DNA of 64,000 nucleotides from Candidatus Latescibacterota bacterium (GTDB lineage Bacteria; Latescibacterota; UBA2968; UBA8231): NCBI GenBank assembly GCA_965242865.1, contig CBDETK010000013.1, positions 5,472,001 to 5,536,000 of the forward strand, read 5' to 3'. Shown piece by piece: positions 29,401 to 38,184 of this stretch (position 1 is its first letter; each line of letters starts with the position of its first letter). The notes under the pieces were generated by a model. It saw only the letters and a program-made list of their open reading frames with translations, ran no database searches and was not told where the DNA came from. The position numbers and the translations under genes were made by a program.

Positions 29401-29641
29401 CACGACGATTGTATGCGCGACGGTTGACCGCTTCCAAGGCCGAGAGGCCGACCTCGTGTTGCTGAGTCTCAGAAACACCTCTCGACCAGGGCACATGGAC
29501 AGCCCCAATAGGCTCAATGTCGGGGTCACTCGCGCCCGGTTTCTGCTCGTCATCTTAGGTCGCCGGAAGTACTTCGCCGATTGTCCATCCGAGGAACTCA
29601 ACGCGCTTGCAAACGCCACGCCGTTGTTCAGTCTTGCTTGA
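26441..29641 (+). CDS. Upf1/DNA2/NAM7-like superfamily 1 helicase (AAA_11/AAA_12)
   Basis: GPPGSGKT, STTHVAVDN, IIDEASK, VGDVRQLPP, QHRMHP, TVDRFQGREAD and RLNVGVTRAR. Confidence 0.92.
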   Translation: MKPLYFTACAPHPKVAPALASQVQESLRPYTAYLRSALDAAKKRESRSVCRWEPVPQEYPLRITPMDSLLAVEAEGYNYRLEGWSGDAPDMPLFVGDQYRPMVPKRVERVDDGLLLVLDSEVDPDDRIFWEGEPCTLTPAESIWPAKLVARRDDGTVASLFQRREEAKRVVLVVEGCAPVVLEDERGTELPHRVTEPHEGATRLRVGREEISWNGQRTLTLEEPPDQDFLLADNGVRWAWADDGGRGRRQRGVWIQLLPPDEVDSEAALDIRTAYMEEGVREVRTKKGNNPQHAFKVWGFQRDNYRLELDRLPPEGSTFFIPSSTSGLQRQRQAVFRFKDNPLPHHGPLLRLCEAPDKVHWPKFRPKEKDVSHWYLLNDEHWWGTSQQREFVEKALGTPDFAFLEGPPGSGKTHAICELVLQFIDRGLNVLLCSTTHVAVDNVLERLVGDGEFEQVEAVRIGLADRVDQTIRTVQIDERISALVETWRDVGTFADLDTADLERVAEATILSSVNLTCGTSTGILAHPYIRRSDAGRDNDTGPSWPYFDVLIIDEASKTTFQEFLVPAQLARKWIVVGDVRQLPPFSEPKDLEASIAEVSDANDAMLSDAQQAALLILFRLQRPEAGVRRVRWLIEESNDVLDALSAEIEARTHTPEIVRVVQGRSVGNKVSIADIEAGQPVALHLLAADWILFPPKLRNRLAPYLPPDGLALRDWGPDSARAYQFVRWLEQRGRFKNPVREQRRQFQTADELAARQRGFLREESWAKQVSWRLGRVHQLASARDERQSKRRQDEVDSLMPAVEPYSKWVPLAIDAIRDVGVRSVIESFRVRRSNHRVRRLSALTEALPTHVWNERAVLIEYQHRMHPDISKFPREQFYEGVALKDANTLDGRDKRDGWSFMPKVPARRVWVDVRGHEERGVNQAEIKAMQSWLETWRDYAKTHPRTDGKPWTVACLSFYHRQELETRNMLRRLTRVQRAETRFALPNTTIVCATVDRFQGREADLVLLSLRNTSRPGHMDSPNRLNVGVTRARFLLVILGRRKYFADCPSEELNALANATPLFSLA

Positions 29642-29650
29642 AAGGAAACA

Positions 29651-30754
29651 ATGAAAGCTAGCCTCAAAAAAGAAGTCGAGATTCGAGACATCGCGGTATT
29701 TGCAGAACTCGCCGTATGGGAGGAGAGACCGGACCTTCAGAGCCTGTGCGTCGCGGCTCAGGATCAAGGTGTCCTCAACGAGGCCGCGGTTGATACCGTC
29801 CTACCGGGGCTGTCGCCGCGTGCTCAGAAGAACCTGTTGCGCCACTTGGGCTACATTCAACTTGTTGATCAAAACGGAGCACTGACCGCCCTCGGACGCC
29901 GTTGTGCATCGTCGGGCGAGGCCCCGGCTTGGGAGCAGGGTGTATATCGCCTGCTCGTGGCATCCCATCCTCTCTTTGATAGCCATGTCCTCGATTTCAG
30001 ACGCGCCCCCGGCGATTGGCGCGACCGCGACTTTGACAACCACGAGCCGCTTCCGGCAGGGGTCTCGGCTAAACGCGACAGGGTGTTCACGTCGGTATTC
30101 CAGTCTAAGCGATTCAACGTATCGAAGTTTCCGGCAGCACAAGGCCAAAATCCGGTCTGCCGCATTGAAGGTACGACCAAGGGAACGTTGCAGTGGGATA
30201 TCGACCTCGCGTCGGGCGACAACGAGTGGACGATTGAAGGACAGGTGAGCGGAGATAGGAACCGGCGCGGCAAGTTCCAGTCCGCGCCTGAGTCGGTGGA
30301 GCCGGATGAGTTGGTCGATATTTTCGCGGACTGGGAGCCGCAGCACTGGGATGTGCGAATGGGTCGCCTCGCCATGGCGTATGACGGCAAGATTGGGCAG
30401 GGCGGACGCGAGTCGTTTCTGCGGTCCCGGAAGTACAAAAATAAGCAGGTCAAGAGTTTTGGCTCGTTTGATGAGGTCGTAGTCCGAGATGTACCGGTCG
30501 GCCCGGCGACGAAGGAGGATGCTCGTACTTGGGCAACTGCCATCCTCATCGCTCAAGCCAAGGCCGAGGACAAATACATAGTGCCCGACACTTATCAGTC
30601 GGATTGGTCAAACATTATCGACGGTACTCCACTGGCAAAGTGGGCTGGGGATGCCCCCGATCCGGTGGCACTCTCCGAGGTGAACGGTCGCCCCCTCGCT
30701 GACCGGATGAGGTGGTTGCTCGCCGCGGGGACCGATCTAGAAATGGAGGCATGA
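29651..30754 (+). CDS. Hypothetical protein, possible N-terminal winged helix
   Basis: 367 aa, AAGGA RBS, 9 bp after the helicase stop. LLRHLGYIQLVDQNGALTALGR resembles a wHTH helix and wing. Confidence 0.8.
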   Translation: MKASLKKEVEIRDIAVFAELAVWEERPDLQSLCVAAQDQGVLNEAAVDTVLPGLSPRAQKNLLRHLGYIQLVDQNGALTALGRRCASSGEAPAWEQGVYRLLVASHPLFDSHVLDFRRAPGDWRDRDFDNHEPLPAGVSAKRDRVFTSVFQSKRFNVSKFPAAQGQNPVCRIEGTTKGTLQWDIDLASGDNEWTIEGQVSGDRNRRGKFQSAPESVEPDELVDIFADWEPQHWDVRMGRLAMAYDGKIGQGGRESFLRSRKYKNKQVKSFGSFDEVVVRDVPVGPATKEDARTWATAILIAQAKAEDKYIVPDTYQSDWSNIIDGTPLAKWAGDAPDPVALSEVNGRPLADRMRWLLAAGTDLEMEA

Positions 30755-32655
30755 TGCGTCGCGGACCGATTCAACCCGAAGATAAACAGGAATGGATTGA
30801 CCAGAGGGAGAAAGAGCTTTCGCTTTGGGAGCAGGGCAAGAAGGGTACGCAAATTGACCTTCCTTGGACCGAATTGAGCAGCCCCGACTCCCTCAATGAT
30901 GTGCAGTCGCTCGTGGCGAATGCTCGTAGCGTCATCCTTGCCATCGGTACGACAACAACCTCGCGCAAATTGATTGACGCTGTCTTACAATATCTTCCTG
31001 CACAATGCCGGCTCTATGTTTACGGAGCTAGTGACCTTGAGACCGAATTGGTTCAAAAGATCGCGGGCATGGGCGACCGAGTCCTCGCTCGCTTGGGGCA
31101 CCGTCCACCTGCCGACTGGCTCATCGTTGATAAAGGGCGCGCCGGACGCCTTATCGTAGGGCCTACCGCCGAGCACCAAAAATGGGTGCTCCCCGTCAGC
31201 GGCGACTTAGCAAGATCGCTGTTCGAGGCATTTTGTGTGCTATTCTGGTTTCACGCAACGAGCGAAGCCCTGCCGGACGATAACGGCAATGTCGCCTTCC
31301 GGCCTCCGCTGGCGGCTCCGTTCAAAGACCCCGGTCCCGACATCCCACTCCCGGCTGGTCGGCTCCTCCTTGGCGGAGAACTCGACGATCCAGTTTCTGA
31401 CGCCGAGTTCCGAATTTCACCGAACGCTTCGGATCCCGGACATGCGCGGGTGCTGTTCATCCCTCCCACTGACGACCTGGCGAGCGGCGGGACAGGTCGC
31501 CCTGTCGATCTCGAGCTTCCGACGGCACTCTGTCGCCGGGGTCACCGAGTGCTGTGGGTTGATACCGGTCTTCCGAGGACGACGGTTACACGTCAGCGCA
31601 TGGTTATGAACCTCGTGGAAGCCCCGATTGCACTCCAAATTGAATGGCCAGCCGCCACAGCAATAGACTTCCTCCACCGTTTTGAACGTGCGGCGAAACA
31701 ACCCGCTTGGGAGTTCCATCCAGCGCGGCGGCTCGACGCTATTAAGGGCGAGGTGCTACTGAACGGGGCGACGCAACCCGCCAAGATCGCTCCCTCTGTC
31801 TCGCTGGACGCTGGCGATGTGGACGCACCACTGCTGGACTTCGACTCTGCCCGCCCCGCTCGCTTGCCCGATGTCCCGCCCCTCGCCTTGGAAGCGGCTA
31901 TCAAGTGGCGACTAGTACCGGCTACTTTGCCGCGGGGTGCCCGCCGCGCCGAGATCGTCCGCCACTGGACAGCGGTGGATGAGTGGACATCGCGGACAGT
32001 GGAAAGCCTCCGCGATGCGCTTGACGAACTTGAGAACCAAGAAGGACTGTTGAGCAAACTTCGCCAATGGCTTCCTTCTCGGGATGGGAACTCGGCCTTG
32101 GAACGCGAAAAACTACGCGACGAACTTGACGACCTCGGCGAATCGCCCCCAAGTCAGATAGCGGCCCAAGCCGAGGAGCGCATGACACGCCTCGCCGCGG
32201 TCGTCAACCGTTTGGATGGACTGCGGCGTACCACTCACGACCAGCAACAGGACGCCGAGGACGCCAAGGCTGAAGACGCCCAGCGAGACATTTGGAAAAA
32301 GCGCGTCGAAGATGCCAAGACCAAGCTGGAAGAAATTCGACAGAAGTTGGCGGAGAATGAGATAGCCCAAGGCGAGGCGGCGGAAAAACGGCAAAAGATC
32401 GAGAAACTGGGTCGTGTTGCATCGGAAGAATTTCGTTTCAAGAAACCGCCTCGACTTGCAACTCCAGCAACGAGCGAGGTGGATTCGCACCCGCCGATTC
32501 CGTCAGAAGCACCTCCTGAGATAGGGGAGCTCTACGAACATGGCGAAAAGCGTTTTCTCGCCATTCGCACATGGGAACAACTTAGGCCGGCGCAGTCTGT
32601 TGCGAGGCGGCTTCGGGCCGAACCCGTGGTTGCTACAAACCCTTCAAAAGTGTAA
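30751..32655 (+). CDS. Hypothetical protein with degenerate PLD-like N-terminus and C-terminal coiled coil
   Basis: ATGA overlap and GGAGG RBS. PLD-like pattern with PADWLIVD in place of HxKxxxxD. Long E/K/R/Q-rich helical region. Confidence 0.75.
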   Translation: MMRRGPIQPEDKQEWIDQREKELSLWEQGKKGTQIDLPWTELSSPDSLNDVQSLVANARSVILAIGTTTTSRKLIDAVLQYLPAQCRLYVYGASDLETELVQKIAGMGDRVLARLGHRPPADWLIVDKGRAGRLIVGPTAEHQKWVLPVSGDLARSLFEAFCVLFWFHATSEALPDDNGNVAFRPPLAAPFKDPGPDIPLPAGRLLLGGELDDPVSDAEFRISPNASDPGHARVLFIPPTDDLASGGTGRPVDLELPTALCRRGHRVLWVDTGLPRTTVTRQRMVMNLVEAPIALQIEWPAATAIDFLHRFERAAKQPAWEFHPARRLDAIKGEVLLNGATQPAKIAPSVSLDAGDVDAPLLDFDSARPARLPDVPPLALEAAIKWRLVPATLPRGARRAEIVRHWTAVDEWTSRTVESLRDALDELENQEGLLSKLRQWLPSRDGNSALEREKLRDELDDLGESPPSQIAAQAEERMTRLAAVVNRLDGLRRTTHDQQQDAEDAKAEDAQRDIWKKRVEDAKTKLEEIRQKLAENEIAQGEAAEKRQKIEKLGRVASEEFRFKKPPRLATPATSEVDSHPPIPSEAPPEIGELYEHGEKRFLAIRTWEQLRPAQSVARRLRAEPVVATNPSKV

Positions 32656-32698
32656 TACGTCACAGCATTCACACGGAGTCCAAACAAGGAGAAAATCA

Positions 32699-33427
32699 AT
32701 GGAACACGAAGAAACCATGGAACCCAAACTTCCAGGAGGGCCAATCGCAAACAGGCCACTCCATTTCATTTTCCTCGCAGACTGCTCGTACTCGATGTCA
32801 GGCGAGAAAATTCAAGCACTCAACCACGCGATTAAAGAGGCCATTCCGCACATGCGGGATGTCGCAGAAGGCAATCCGAACGCCGAGGTTTTGGTGCGGG
32901 CGATCGAGTTCTCGTCCGGTGCCCAGTGGCATATTCCGCAACCGACGAATGTCGATGTGTTTGAGTGGAACGACCTCTCGGCCAACGGCTCGACTTCAAT
33001 GGGACGCGCTCTGTCTCTGGTTACTGAGGCACTCAAGACCCCGCCCATGCCGGAGCGTGCGCTACCTCCCGTGCTGGTGCTCATCAGTGACGGACAGCCC
33101 ACGGACGACTTCAATGGGGGGCTTCAAGCATTGATGGCCGAGCCTTGGGGCACGAAGGCCGTGCGCCTCGCTATCGCCATTGGCGCAGACGCGGATATCG
33201 ATGTTCTCCAACGCTTCATCGGGCATGCAGAAATCCAACCGCTGCAAGCCAACAACGCTCAAGATTTGGTCAATTATATCCGCTGGGCATCCACCGCAGT
33301 TTTGCAGGCCGCCTCCGCGCCAGCGAGCCAGACGCAGAGTGCTCCGGCCGGGGTCAATGTGCCGTTGCCTCCACCGCCGAAACCCGATCCGAAATCCGGG
33401 CCGACGGATGCCAATGATGTCTGGTAG
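32699..33427 (+). CDS. TerY-like vWA domain protein
   Basis: MIDAS DCSYS, MSGEKI, GSTSMG and SDGQPTD. AGGAG RBS and Pro-rich tail. Confidence 0.9.
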   Translation: MEHEETMEPKLPGGPIANRPLHFIFLADCSYSMSGEKIQALNHAIKEAIPHMRDVAEGNPNAEVLVRAIEFSSGAQWHIPQPTNVDVFEWNDLSANGSTSMGRALSLVTEALKTPPMPERALPPVLVLISDGQPTDDFNGGLQALMAEPWGTKAVRLAIAIGADADIDVLQRFIGHAEIQPLQANNAQDLVNYIRWASTAVLQAASAPASQTQSAPAGVNVPLPPPPKPDPKSGPTDANDVW

Positions 33428-34379
33428 CCACGAAATAGACGCGAGACCAAGCCGACGACCCGGATTCGCCATTGAGCGGGTAATCGGTGCAAACCACCTG
33501 CGATCTGGCAAGCCCTGCCAAGACGAGGCAGGGCTTTGGATGGTGGCCGACACTGTGGCCCTTGCCATCGCTGACGGTCATGGTTCGAGCAAACACGCCG
33601 ACATCGGTGCCCGCCTCGCAGTCCAAGTGGCTCTTACCGCGCTCGTGCGATTCGCCGAGGACTTGGGTGAGCGCACTTCAAACCTGAGCGAAGTCCAGAA
33701 ATACGCCGAGCATCCACTCCGCGTTCAGATCGTCCGGGAATGGAAAGAGAGAGTCCACACCAAGTCTGGAGACAGTGAAACACCACTCGTGGATTATGGC
33801 TCGACACTCTTGGTCGCTTTAGCAACGCCGGACTTTTTACTCGTTGGACAACTCGGTGATGGCGATATACTACTCGTCAACGAGGCTGGTACAGTTGATG
33901 TCCCACTACCTGCTGACCCGGAGGCGTTTGCCGACGAGACTCCTAGCCTGTGTCTCCCAGAAGCCGAGCACTCATTTCGTCTGCGAGTCCTGCCGACACC
34001 GAAGCAAGAGACGCTTCTCCTGCTCTCGACCGATGGGTACAGCAAGTCGTACCCCACGGACGCCGCGTTCAAGGAGATCGGCCCGGATTATCTCGACCTC
34101 ATACGCAAGGATGGGGTCGCCAAATTGACCCTTCTCTTGAGGGGCTTTCTCGAGGCGGTTACTAATCAGGGGAGTGGTGATGACATCGCCCTCGCGCTTC
34201 TCCACTGGTCGCCACCAGCGAGCCAGACTGCTATGGATTCTTCTAACGCATCGTCGGGGCAGGATGGAATAGTACAGCGGATTCGAGCCAAAATTGGGGC
34301 ATTCATTGGGAACAAGAACGAAACTCAAAATAATGGAGAAATTGCCAATGCAAAAACCAGAACTACTGAAGACCGCTGA
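33414..34379 (+). CDS. PP2C-like protein phosphatase (TerY-P triad)
   Basis: GANH..SGKPCQD, ADGHGS, QLGDG, STDG and GSGDD. Overlaps the vWA stop. Confidence 0.9.
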   Translation: MMSGSHEIDARPSRRPGFAIERVIGANHLRSGKPCQDEAGLWMVADTVALAIADGHGSSKHADIGARLAVQVALTALVRFAEDLGERTSNLSEVQKYAEHPLRVQIVREWKERVHTKSGDSETPLVDYGSTLLVALATPDFLLVGQLGDGDILLVNEAGTVDVPLPADPEAFADETPSLCLPEAEHSFRLRVLPTPKQETLLLLSTDGYSKSYPTDAAFKEIGPDYLDLIRKDGVAKLTLLLRGFLEAVTNQGSGDDIALALLHWSPPASQTAMDSSNASSGQDGIVQRIRAKIGAFIGNKNETQNNGEIANAKTRTTEDR

Positions 34380-35640
34380 TGGAACGCGCATCATCGCCGA
34401 CACCCTGCTTGGTCAAGGGGGCCAAGGCGAGGTCTGGAAAGCCACTGATGGCGGGAAGTCTGTCGCGGTGAAGGTCTATCACCGAGATACGGCGACTACA
34501 GAACAAAAAGAGGGACTCGAGCGGTTGGTTGAAAAAGGCTCGCCTGCGCCCTGTTTTTTGTGGCCGATGGCGATGGTAGCGGATACTCAATCAGAGAGAT
34601 ATGGCTACATCATGCCCATCCGGGAGCCTAACTTTCGAGGACTGGAAGACTTCATGGCGCGGCGGATCCGCCCATCAATGCGTGCATTGCTCACGGCAGG
34701 CAGGAAACTCGCGGATGGATTTCTCCGCCTCCACAGTCGAGGTCTCTGCTATCGGGACATTTCCTTCGCCAATGTATTCTTTGATCCGAAGACCGGCGAT
34801 ATCCTCATCTGCGACAACGACAATGTTGACATAACGGGATCCGAAACGGGCGGTGTGCTGGGGACCCAGCGTTTTATGGCCCCCGAGGTGGTTCGGAGAG
34901 AGGCGGCCCCATCTGCTGATACGGATCGCTACTCGCTGGCAGTACTGCTGTTTTTTCTTTTGTACGGTGGTCATCCCCTTGACGGTCAACTGGAAGCGAA
35001 CATTCGCTGCCTCGATGTTCCCGCCTTGGAGAGTCTCTATGGGTCTGACCCGCTTTACATCTGGGATCCGAGCGACGATTCCAACCGTCCTGTCCCCGGC
35101 ATTCACAACAACCCCATCGCCTTTCGCCACATGTACCCTGAAACGCTGGCAACCCTGTTTCAACGGTCATTCACGGACGGATTGCACTACCCATCCAAAC
35201 GTGTGCGCGAGTCGGAGTGGAGGAAGGCTTTCGCGAGCACCATCGACAGTATCTGGCTGTGCGAGTGCAGTGCTGAAAACTTCTATGAGCCTGCGGTCGT
35301 GGCATCGTCTGGCGGCAAGCACTGCTGGTCATGCAAGAAGCCGCTGGTCCTCCCACCGCGCATTCGGATTGACGACGACATCGTCTTGCTCAATCGCACT
35401 ACCCAACTGTTCGGCTACCATGTTGGTCAGACCCGCGACGATACCCCAATCGCGGAAGTCGTTCAGAACCCCCAAGTTCCGAACCTTTTCGGCTTGCGAA
35501 ACCTGACCGCAGAGAAGTGGACACTGACCAAGCCGGACGGGTCGGTGGTTGATGTTCCGCCTGACCGTGCAGCACCGATTCTCAACGGCAACCGCATCAA
35601 CTTCGGGCCGCAAACGGGAGAGGTGCGAGTACAGTCCTAA
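34348..35640 (+). CDS. Ser/Thr protein kinase with Zn ribbon and beta-rich (FHA-like) C-terminus (TerY-P triad)
   Basis: GQGGQGEV, AVK, YRDISFAN, CDNDN, GT..FMAPE and DRYSLA, then CEC...CWSC. Confidence 0.9.
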   Translation: MQKPELLKTADGTRIIADTLLGQGGQGEVWKATDGGKSVAVKVYHRDTATTEQKEGLERLVEKGSPAPCFLWPMAMVADTQSERYGYIMPIREPNFRGLEDFMARRIRPSMRALLTAGRKLADGFLRLHSRGLCYRDISFANVFFDPKTGDILICDNDNVDITGSETGGVLGTQRFMAPEVVRREAAPSADTDRYSLAVLLFFLLYGGHPLDGQLEANIRCLDVPALESLYGSDPLYIWDPSDDSNRPVPGIHNNPIAFRHMYPETLATLFQRSFTDGLHYPSKRVRESEWRKAFASTIDSIWLCECSAENFYEPAVVASSGGKHCWSCKKPLVLPPRIRIDDDIVLLNRTTQLFGYHVGQTRDDTPIAEVVQNPQVPNLFGLRNLTAEKWTLTKPDGSVVDVPPDRAAPILNGNRINFGPQTGEVRVQS

Positions 35641-35833
35641 GATGTCGGACAGTCAGTCGCGAGGACACACTGCTTAGACCGCCGGGATATATGTCGCTGG
35701 CGGCTCAGCTTTGGGCTTTGAGACGCAACAATCGCACCGGCCCACCGGCCCCCCCAACCGCTCCTTGTGCCGCGTCACGCAGCGGCGTAACTTATGCAAA
35801 AAGCAAGACTTACCCAACACAGGAGCTTCCGCC

Positions 35834-37258
35834 ATGACGCCTCCCAACATTCTCTGGATCTGCACGGATCAGCAACGCTACGACACCATCGGCGCACTCG
35901 GTTATACCCACGTCGATACGCCGCATGTCGATCGGCTGGTCGCCGAGGGCGTGGCCTTTACTCGCGCCTATTGTCAAAGCCCGATCTGCACGCCGAGCCG
36001 GGCGAGTTTTCTCACTGGCCAGTACGCCAGCGCCGTCCACATCAATGGCAATGGCCTCGATAGTTTTCCCGGGCACCCGCCGCTGGTCACGCGGCTGTTG
36101 GCCGAGGCCGGGTACGACTGCGGGCTGATTGGCAAGCTGCACTTGGCCAGCGCCCATCGCCGCATTGAGCCGCGCGTCAACGACGGGTATCGCTATTGGG
36201 AATACAGCCACGCGCCCCGCGACGACTGGCCGCAGGGGCACGGCTATGCCGATTGGGTGCGGGAAAAGGGGGAAGTTTTAGGCGAGTTGATGAAGCAATA
36301 TCCCTGCGGATTGCCGGCCGAATTCCACCAGACGACGTGGTGCGCCGAGAAGACCATTGAGTTTATGAGCCAAAAGCGCGATGGCCCTTGGCTGGCCAGC
36401 GTCAATATCTACGACCCCCACCCGCCGTTCAATCCGCCGCAGAGCTACCGCGACCGCTTTGACCCAGCGACCATGCCCGGGCCGCTGTTTGCCGACAGCG
36501 ACTTGGCGCAGCAGGAAAAGCTAGCGGCGATTGACTTCCAGTCCAAGGGGCGGCGGCCCGACCAACTCGACATCCGCGACCCCTTGCACCAAGACCGCCC
36601 GACGCCCGGGGCGGACGCGCACGTGTTGCAGGCGGCGTACTGCGCGATGATCAAGCAAATTGACGACCAAGTGGGCCGGATGCTGGCCGCGCTCGAAGAC
36701 GCGGGCCAGCGCGACAATACCGTGGTGATTTTTACCTCTGACCACGGCGAAATGCTCGGCGACCACGGGCTGATCCAAAAGGGGTGCCGCTTTTACGAGG
36801 GCTTGGTGCGGGTGCCGCTGATTTTTTCTTGGCCGGGGCACTTTGAGCAGGGCTTGGTGCGCGGCGATCTGGTCGAGCTGACCGATAAAGCACCGACGCT
36901 GCTGGAGCTAGCCGGGCTGGAGGTGCCGGAGCGGATGACCGGCCGCTCGCTCGGGCCGATTTTGCGCGGCGAAAGCGCGGCCCCACACCGCGACTTCGTC
37001 CGTTGCGAGTACTACGACGCGTTGGCCGCGCCCGATGGCACCTTTGCCACCATGTACCGCGACGAGCGCTACAAGTTGGTGCTCTACCACGGGCACGGTT
37101 TGGGCGAGCTATACGACTTGGACGAAGACCCCGGCGAGTTCGAGAACATGTGGGATGAGCCGCAAGCGCAGCCGCTCAAGCTGGAACTGATGCAAAAGAG
37201 CTTCGACGCTTCGATGCTGGCGATGGACCGGGGGCCCCGGCGCGTCGGGCCGATGTGA
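35834..37258 (+). CDS. Cys-type sulfatase
   Basis: CTDQQR, CTPSRAS, GKLH, DPHPP and SDHG. AGGAG RBS. Confidence 0.92.
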   Translation: MTPPNILWICTDQQRYDTIGALGYTHVDTPHVDRLVAEGVAFTRAYCQSPICTPSRASFLTGQYASAVHINGNGLDSFPGHPPLVTRLLAEAGYDCGLIGKLHLASAHRRIEPRVNDGYRYWEYSHAPRDDWPQGHGYADWVREKGEVLGELMKQYPCGLPAEFHQTTWCAEKTIEFMSQKRDGPWLASVNIYDPHPPFNPPQSYRDRFDPATMPGPLFADSDLAQQEKLAAIDFQSKGRRPDQLDIRDPLHQDRPTPGADAHVLQAAYCAMIKQIDDQVGRMLAALEDAGQRDNTVVIFTSDHGEMLGDHGLIQKGCRFYEGLVRVPLIFSWPGHFEQGLVRGDLVELTDKAPTLLELAGLEVPERMTGRSLGPILRGESAAPHRDFVRCEYYDALAAPDGTFATMYRDERYKLVLYHGHGLGELYDLDEDPGEFENMWDEPQAQPLKLELMQKSFDASMLAMDRGPRRVGPM

Positions 37259-38076
37259 TGGAGCGGCAGCAGCGGGTGACGCGGCGGCCAATCTGGCGCT
37301 TCCGCGAGGCAGCCCAAGCGGCCGCAGACGACTTGGTAACGGTTGAGGAGCCGCTGGAGATCCGCGTGGACGAGACGCCGATCGCAGTGGTCATGCGCAC
37401 CCCGCGCCACGACTTTGAGCTCGCGGCCGGTTTTTTGTGTACCGAGGGACTGATCCAAACGCCGCAGGACTTGGGCGCGATCTCGTATTGCACGGCCGCG
37501 GAACCGCCCAACGAGGAGAATATCGTCGAGGTCAAGCTGGCCGCGGGCGTGGGCTTTGATCGGCAGCGGCTCCAGCGCAACTTTTACGCCTCGTCGAGTT
37601 GCGGAGTCTGCGGCAAGGCCAGCATTGAGGCCATCGCCGGCGAGGCCCCCGCGCTGACGGAAAACTTTACCGTGCCGCTGGCCGTGCTCTACGGCCTCGG
37701 CGACCGCATGCGCCAAGCACAGGACGTATTTGAGCAAACCGGCTCCCTGCACGCTGCGGCCCTGTTTGATCGGGCGGGCGACTTGCTCGTTTTGCGCGAG
37801 GACGTGGGCCGGCACAACGCGGTTGACAAGCTCATCGGCCACTACGCGCTGCGCAACGAGCCGGTGCCAGCCCAGAGCGTGCTAATGGTCAGCGGCCGCA
37901 CCAGCTTTGAGATCGTGCAAAAGGCGTGGATGGCCGGGATTGCGGTGGTCGCCGCGGTATCCGCGCCGTCGAGCTTGGCGGTGGATCTGGCGCGGGAATC
38001 GGGGATGACGCTGGTGGGGTTTTTGCGCGGGCGCGGGTTCAATGTGTATGCGGGGGGCGAGCGAATTGCTGCGTAG
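37255..38076 (+). CDS. fdhD: Formate dehydrogenase accessory sulfurtransferase
   Basis: EEPLEI, MRTP, SSCGVCG, TGSLHAA, REDVGRHNAVDK, SGR and SAPS. Confidence 0.93.
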   Translation: MMERQQRVTRRPIWRFREAAQAAADDLVTVEEPLEIRVDETPIAVVMRTPRHDFELAAGFLCTEGLIQTPQDLGAISYCTAAEPPNEENIVEVKLAAGVGFDRQRLQRNFYASSSCGVCGKASIEAIAGEAPALTENFTVPLAVLYGLGDRMRQAQDVFEQTGSLHAAALFDRAGDLLVLREDVGRHNAVDKLIGHYALRNEPVPAQSVLMVSGRTSFEIVQKAWMAGIAVVAAVSAPSSLAVDLARESGMTLVGFLRGRGFNVYAGGERIAA

Positions 38077-38184
38077 GAGCGGGGGTTTCCCTATATCCTT
38101 CCCGTGCGCGATCGACCTCCGAATGCTTGAGGGGCGGGGCGCACCAAGCATCGTCGTTTAATTTTTTACGTAAAGGAGAGGACC

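Noticed and set aside
37255-38076. fdhD without adjacent formate dehydrogenase genes
   Set aside because: fdhD is commonly unlinked from its target enzyme genes, so this is not unusual.
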